The notes below the pieces were generated by a model. That model saw only the letters and a list, made by a program, of their open reading frames with translations. It was not told the origin of the DNA and made no database searches. DNA of 63,998 bases, filler included, from Dirinaria sp. TL-2023a (Eukaryota): NCBI GenBank assembly GCA_051941275.1. It is 4 parts of 4 records of this genome, joined end to end, with 100 filler letters (N's around TTAATTAATTAA, not from the genome) between each part and the next. Parts side by side here need not be neighbours in the genome. Positions count along the whole stretch, not along the records: positions 49,985 to 63,998 come from JAVEBF010000632.1; 3 more parts are not named here. One strand, given 5' to 3'. This document shows, in pieces, positions 57,917 through 63,998 of the stretch (the stretch's first letter is position 1; the number at the start of each line of letters is the position of its first letter). The position numbers and the translations under genes were made by a program.

Positions 57917-60900
57917 ATGGATAATGAGGCTCCCATGCTTAACGATGCCGATCTCCTATCTGAATCGGAGCTGAGGGAACTTGGAAGGACTTTCGCTGCC
58001 GTGAGTCCCAGAGGAGGTTCCGGTGTCCCAGAAGATAGGATATCGTAAGTGCTAACAATTCTACTCTATCCCTCAAAGCTCAAACAGCTAGTCATATCTG
58101 TTCGCTTTACCCAAGGCTTCTCCGAACGGTAGAATGCCCTCGCCTTTCATGCGCTCATGCGGCGGCGGCCACAGATGCATTATGTGGTTTCCTCAAAATG
58201 GGGTCTGTCTCTTCCCATGATAGTCTCAATAAAATGTGCCTTGACGTACGTACTTGGAAGGATGTGTTCGATGTCTTCCTTCGAAGCCCCCAGGCTAGGA
58301 AGGTAAAGCCGGGAAGGCATTTACTGCTGACTCTGATGCATTTGAGGTCTGAAAACCCTGATCCGCATGTAAAGATTGTTGAGATAGAGTTTGCTTCCAC
58401 ACAAGCAGCACGAATCATTTGCAGCGCTGATCAAACTGCTTCGGTCAAGTTCGCTTTTCAGACGCTGGAGTATGTGCTCAGTAATTGCCTAATCAGCGCT
58501 CTAGACGTTGTCCATCTGGTGGCTCGAATTCAGACGAAGCAAGTAGACTCGTCGCCTCAAGTCATTCAATCCGCACCCAGAGATCAGCATGGTGTTTTAT
58601 TAGAGAGCGATGCCGTTGACTCAGCATTAACGGAAGTATTTCAGAGCTTTATTGACGACGTTCTGATATGGCTTCATTACCCTGACACTGCGGCTGCTGC
58701 AGGGCGTTTGGCTTCTACTTTCATCAAGTCTTTGCGGTCCTCTCTCCCTGGAGAAGCAAGGATGTCCACTTCTCCATTGTCAATTTGTATGAAATCATTA
58801 ATATCATTGCTGAATGAGCAACCGCATATGCGAAGTGCGGTCAAGAGTTCCGTCCTGCCAGATCTGCTACGACTTCACCGCGTGGAGGTCATGGCAATGC
58901 TTGAACCTATGCGTTTACTTAACATGAGCTATATCAGTACAGAACCGATGTCCAATGCAGAAATAGAACTACGTCTGCTTGCGGCTGAAGTTGCGGAGGA
59001 CTTGGGGCTCTTCCCCGGTATCGGTATGAGTCCTGAATCTCATAGTTACGTTTTAAATGTGGCTGAATCATTTGTCTCGCAGAGTCCGAACGCCAAGTGC
59101 CTGAAGATTCCCCTGCGTCGGCCACCCAGGCCTTGGGAATGGCCATGCTCGTGCACTCTTCAGCTAGCATCAGGATCCATGGCTTTTCTCTCTTAACTCG
59201 TTCGAGATCTCTTAAAGAACCACTGTCTAGAGACTGTCTATTATCATTGCATCGTCACATAGCACACTTTCACACAGAGATTGATCCTAAGGCGCGGAAT
59301 GAATTCATTGCTTTAGCCAAAAAGCTTTTCTTGCGCGTGAAGGCCGTGGTCATCGCTCAGAGTGATACTGCTCTGTTCCATCCTACGACGGCTAAAGCGA
59401 TTAAGTTTCCCGTGCACAGTACATCGGAGCATGACTCTTTGCAAAGTTTCGTTTCAGAGGCGAGCTGCACTGAGCAGCACACCATCTTCATGAGATGGTA
59501 TATTTCATTCCTAGCAGAAGAATTGCAGCCTACAGCTTCTTATCAGCGCCACATAATAGCACTGGAGATCCTCCAATTGGTGTTGAAAGAATATGTAGGA
59601 GACTATAGCTCGGATTCACAGGACTTGGGTGCGCTCAATGAGTTCCTGGACGGCCCACGAGCCTCCTACATGGATAGATTAACAAGGTCCCTTTTTGACC
59701 TGATTATGGATCCTTTCGACGATGTACGAGCATTAGCTAGTTCAACTCTTCTGTTCATTCTTGAGCGCTTACACCCGAGACAACAAAACCTCTCCATCAC
59801 CGATCTTACCAACAGCCTTGCAACGATGATGAATCCGCTTCTATTTCCCAAGAATCACAGTAATCTCTGCCTTACGTTGCGCCGCGCTGAAAGAACATCG
59901 CGAGTCACAGGCCGAGCTGACCACGCGGATGGCCTGGCGAGGCTAAACCTGCTTACATGGCAACTCGTTGAGGAGAATGCACAAGGGTGCGACAATAAAT
60001 CATATCTCTTGGAAGTCTTAGTCTCAGATCTAGAGGCTGACTTAGGAACTACGCATTCAAATCTACGCTTCGCGGTCGCGAATGCTCCTCTTCATGGTCG
60101 TATCATTGCAATCAGGTAAGCTCATCCAAGTGAGCTAGCAGTGACTTTATCAGTGATAGAATTTCTAGGCATATTATTAGTTCAAGGGCTTTCAATTCTA
60201 ATATACCAAACACTTCAACCCAAAGCACATGGAACTCCTTGAAGGCTCATTTAATTCTCTGCTGTGTCAATGTTTGGGAGGCCGTCAAATCAACCCTATC
60301 CTATGATTCTCCTGAGGGACATCTGGACGAAGCTGACGATACTGCTGTCTATGACATCGGCCCGAAAGATACACTCTCGTTCTGCTGGCGCGCATTGAAA
60401 GAATCAAGGTCAGTCCTCCTGATACCGTCCCGATTACGCACATTGAACATTCGGATAGTCTCCTAATGCATGCGCTCCTTCTGCAAGCCCGACCGGAAAC
60501 ACAAGCTCCTGTCCATGGCCTCGATCACGATGATTTTGAGAGATTGGGATCACTTTCCTTGATCCAGTTGGCAGAGCTAAGGCACAAAGGAGCGTTCTCT
60601 ACAGTTGCACAGACATTCGCACTTTGCTGCGTTCAATGCGCTAAGAACTATGATGTCGAAACCAGGCGGCTTCCGGAGCTCTGGTACCAAGTGAGTAAGC
60701 CTTGACCAAGGAATTGGGAGTAACTAATCCGGTAGTAGGAAACATTGTCGTATCTATACCAACACGCTTCAGCACTGACACGAAGATCTGCTGGCCTTCC
60801 GGCTATGATCACTGGAATCTTGGCAGCCTCTCCGCACGGTAAATTCTTCGACAATGTCGTCTCTGAGCTACAAGCGATAGCACTTACCCCTGTTGACAAT

Positions 60901-63172
60901 ACGGTTGGGAAGGAGGCACCACTCTTGCCCCAGGTGCACGCACTGAACTGTTTGAAGGATGTGTTCTCTGACACCAGGTTCCGGGACAGCGTCGAAGGGC
61001 ATGTTTCGGATGCTTTGGATCTCGCAGCATCATGTCTTAATGCTGAAATGTAAGTCTTGACATGCATTGATTGAAAGCTGGAATGACAAGTGAATTTAGT
61101 TGGGAAATCCGCAATTCAGGTCTTATGCTTCTGAATTCGCTGCTTAGGAGGCTAAACGGTGGCACGGACACAAACTCCTCTAAAGCTTCAAGCGCCAGTC
61201 GAAGGCTTTCGCCGGTCACATACGAGAGATACCCTAATCTTGCGGATCTTGTGAATAAGCTACTCTTGCCAAGCAACCATTTCTTCGAAAACATCGAACA
61301 ACAGCGAACGTCTGATTCAGGCATTATGACAACGCAGAGGATAATTCCTGCTCTGGAGATCATCGAACGATTTGGTATACCGAAGGAGCGTCGTGCTGGA
61401 ATCCGTGGTCTGATCGAATATCATATGAGAGGACGTATCTGGCCAATACGAGAAAAGGCTGCGAAAGCCTACGCGTACGCCGTCCACGAGAAAGAGATTG
61501 CTGCCGAGGCCGAAAAGCTGCTAAAGACTCTTACAACCTTTAAGTGTACTCAAAATTCTCTGCACGGACGATTGTTGTGTATACGCTATCTCTTCGCCAG
61601 GCTAGGGCCGTCTCTTTCGGCCAAGTTAGCTGGTACGTCATATCTGATTTATTGCTTCCTTGAAGGCTTGCTCAGAAATCACAGTGAACAACCGCCGCCT
61701 TGAAGAACAGCTACTTAGGCCCTGCGACTATTTCATGGTCTCTAATTGGTGCTCAATAACAACAGCAGCGTATTTCAATATCATCGCTGACATCCTGCAA
61801 AGCTTCGTCACTCGCAAAGGTACAGTTTCCGAGCACACTACATTCTTTGCGTTTCTCATTAACCAATTAGATCCGTCTGCTGTCAACTTCGCCTCGATTG
61901 TTGAATGCAAGGCGAGGTTCTTACAGTCATCCACCACAATTGATACACTTTCGCCTGCAGTATCCAGTCCTCTGGACGCATCACTCCATCAAACCTTTAA
62001 GCGCTGTCGAAGTCTCATTCAGCAGATAACGAAGCTAGAGTCAAGTGAGAAGTTTGCCGGTAACGCTATGCCTCAGCTCGCAACGATGGAGGTTCATCAG
62101 CAAATACATGAGGAAATACCTTCTCACGGAGTTCAAGAAATGTTGCACTATGTCTCAAAAGGAAATCAAAAAGAGTCTCAACATTTGAGTGCATGGTTCT
62201 GTTGGCTGCGACTAGCTGGTCGAGAAAACGCGGTAAGCTCTACCCAGCACGGGCTGTATGATTCTCCTGATCATGAACTAGGATTTATCAACACGGATAG
62301 CCGCCGCCGATTCTCTCCGGTCTCTCATGAGTACGCAGGATGAAAAAGCTCGCCAAATACAGACGGAGCATGACCTACTCAGGTTCCATCTTGCCATTTA
62401 CGACAGGCTGATAGATGACGACGAGGACATACGAGTTTTAGGAGCAAGCCTGGTGTCAGAAATACTCCTTAAAACAGGGAATGTTAGAAATGGGTCAGTC
62501 GTTAAAGAATCTCTATCCGCTTCAGCAGCTCGGGCAGAGTTTCTTCGTTTCCTGAAGAGTCGTTATGGTGATTCCGCGTATTTGTCGTGCGAGGCTCTCC
62601 GACGTCTGGCCTGTGATACAACAGTGCTCCCGCGTGACGCGGATACAAAGCTTTCATGTATTAACTCGCCAGTGAGTGATGATTTCGCGGATGAGTGTGA
62701 TGAATCGATCATTTTCCGATTTCGTCCTTTCCAGGATGAGCTTGGTGACGCAATGAGGCTGAACACTGCTCTCTTCGTCGAAGAGAAGCAAAACCTCTAC
62801 ATTGACGAAGTCGAAGAGGCAAGAGCTTGGTCGCAGATGCTTATTGACATGCAGCCGTGGAAGGTAACAGCAAGCCTGACGAGCAAGTTCTATGACTGGA
62901 CCATCAACAGTCTTCATACGCTGATTGCAACAGCTGCCAAAGAGACAGACGGTCCTCTGGGTTGGACATCCAAACCGGAAGTCTTTGCTATGGGCATGCG
63001 AGCCATACTGGCAGCCAAAGTGATCATACATCGTAAGACTAGTACGAGCTCTTCAAATAAGGAAGAAACATGTAGGAAAGCGCTTCAAGATCTATTGGAC
63101 ATAGACTTGAAGACCCAAATGCATGATCTCTGGATTAGTCAGATTGTGCTAACACTTGGGACTGCGAAATAA
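57917..63172 (+). CDS. TRM732: THADA/Trm732 armadillo-repeat tRNA methyltransferase regulator (DUF2428), multi-exon
   Basis: ELQPTASYQRHI.AL, DPFDDVR, TGRADHADGLAR, DSPEGH, LSFCWRALKES, LAELRHKGAFSTVAQTF, LTRRSAGLPAMITGIL, PQVHALNCLKDVF, WEIRNSGLML and LFVEEKQNLYIDE. Confidence 0.93.
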
Positions 63173-63350
63173 GCGGATTGGGATTTGAGATGTTGCGCGG
63201 GTCTTGTTAAGTATGGCTAGGTCGCCGAGCATGATTGCTTTGGCCCAAGCGTACTACTATATAAATCAAAGCAGACCATGCAGAAACGACAACAACAACC
63301 TCTCCTTCCCTTCTATCCATCATCCAGACTTCCTACATCTTCCACATCTC

Positions 63351-63370
63351 ATACCTGTTGCAACAGGTAT
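63351..63370. repeat. Perfect 20-bp palindrome ATACCTGTTGCAACAGGTAT
   Basis: The sequence equals its own reverse complement. Confidence 0.95.
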
Positions 63371-63625
63371 TGCCAGAGCGTCTCCTCCTATCACCACAAC
63401 GTAAGTAGTACTTCTCCCTTATTTGAAGTAGGGAAAAAAGCACCACGATCAACCACTAATATGAGCTTTCAGTGCCTCGACAGCAGCTCCATCTACATCA
63501 ACCAAATTACACACCGTACACTCACAACCGCTCTCATCAACCACTTCGTAAGTAGCAAGATCCCAAACCTCCTGCCTCCCTCACTCGACGCGCCAAGCGC
63601 TAACCAGGCGCGATAGCTCAACACC

Positions 63626-63998
63626 ATGAAGCGCAACCTTGTGATCGTTCTGATCCTCGTGCTCGGTGGGGCCCTCCTCGTGGCCGGCGGCTGGCTCTGG
63701 CTCGCAGCCGGGCGACGGGCCGCAAAGCACCTCGCCCGTACGCGGGACCTGGAGCTCGAGCTCCAGGACCGTCGGGCTCGTGTGGCCCGACTGAGGGCCG
63801 AGATCGCTACCGAAGCGGCCAACAACGCCGCTGCCGACCCTGCTCCTGCTCCTCCTGCTCCTCCCCCTCCTCCTCCTGCTCCAGCCAACGGCGCCGCCGC
63901 GGCCAACGGGGCCAAAGACAACGGAAAGGGGGCCAACGGCGCATCTACGAAGGGCGCCAAGTCCGGCGGAAAGGGGACCAACAGCGAAGCCGCCAGCC
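63626..63998 (+). CDS. GC-rich hypothetical membrane-anchored protein, partial (runs off the window end)
   Basis: MKRNLVIVLILVLGGALLVAGGWLWLAAGRRAAKHLARTRDLELELQDRRARVARLRAEI...PAPAPPAPPPPPP. A TATATAAA lies at 63258 and two upstream GTAAGT introns start at 63401 and 63548. Confidence 0.62.
   Translation, partial: MKRNLVIVLILVLGGALLVAGGWLWLAAGRRAAKHLARTRDLELELQDRRARVARLRAEIATEAANNAAADPAPAPPAPPPPPPAPANGAAAANGAKDNGKGANGASTKGAKSGGKGTNSEAAS

Overview
Fungal genomic DNA from a filamentous ascomycete, with short GT-AG introns and CTRAC/CTAAC branch sites. A lichen-forming Lecanoromycete is plausible but not proven. The window is not contiguous: three artificial 100-nt linkers (N44-TTAATTAATTAA-N44) join four pieces, and the two complete pieces are 16,559 and 16,554 nt long, suggesting size-sorted concatenation. 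Piece 1 carries SF3A1/PRP21 (partial), PMT1, a small Cys-containing secreted protein, a small mitochondrial-type membrane protein, ERF2, ASH1 and a P-loop GTPase with N-terminal 105-bp tandem repeats. Piece 2 carries an ABCA transporter, SGT1, a QDE-1-type RNA-dependent RNA polymerase, a nitronate-monooxygenase-family flavoprotein with PTS1 and paired FarA-type sites, and a decayed ORF. Piece 3 looks accessory and decaying: a multicopper oxidase missing one Cu-ligand His, an acid phosphatase pseudogene, a small TM protein, a C2H2 protein, an EthD protein, a PTH11-like protein, an orphan frameshifted SEC5 fragment and an uncharacterised multi-TM gene. Piece 4 carries FHIP/FAM160, BUR6, an orphan gene, TIM23, THADA/TRM732 and a partial GC-rich TM gene. 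I found no tRNA, rRNA, CRISPR array or intact transposon, and I cannot demonstrate a complete novel system. The best leads are the repeat-bearing GTPase and the decay and fragment capture in piece 3.
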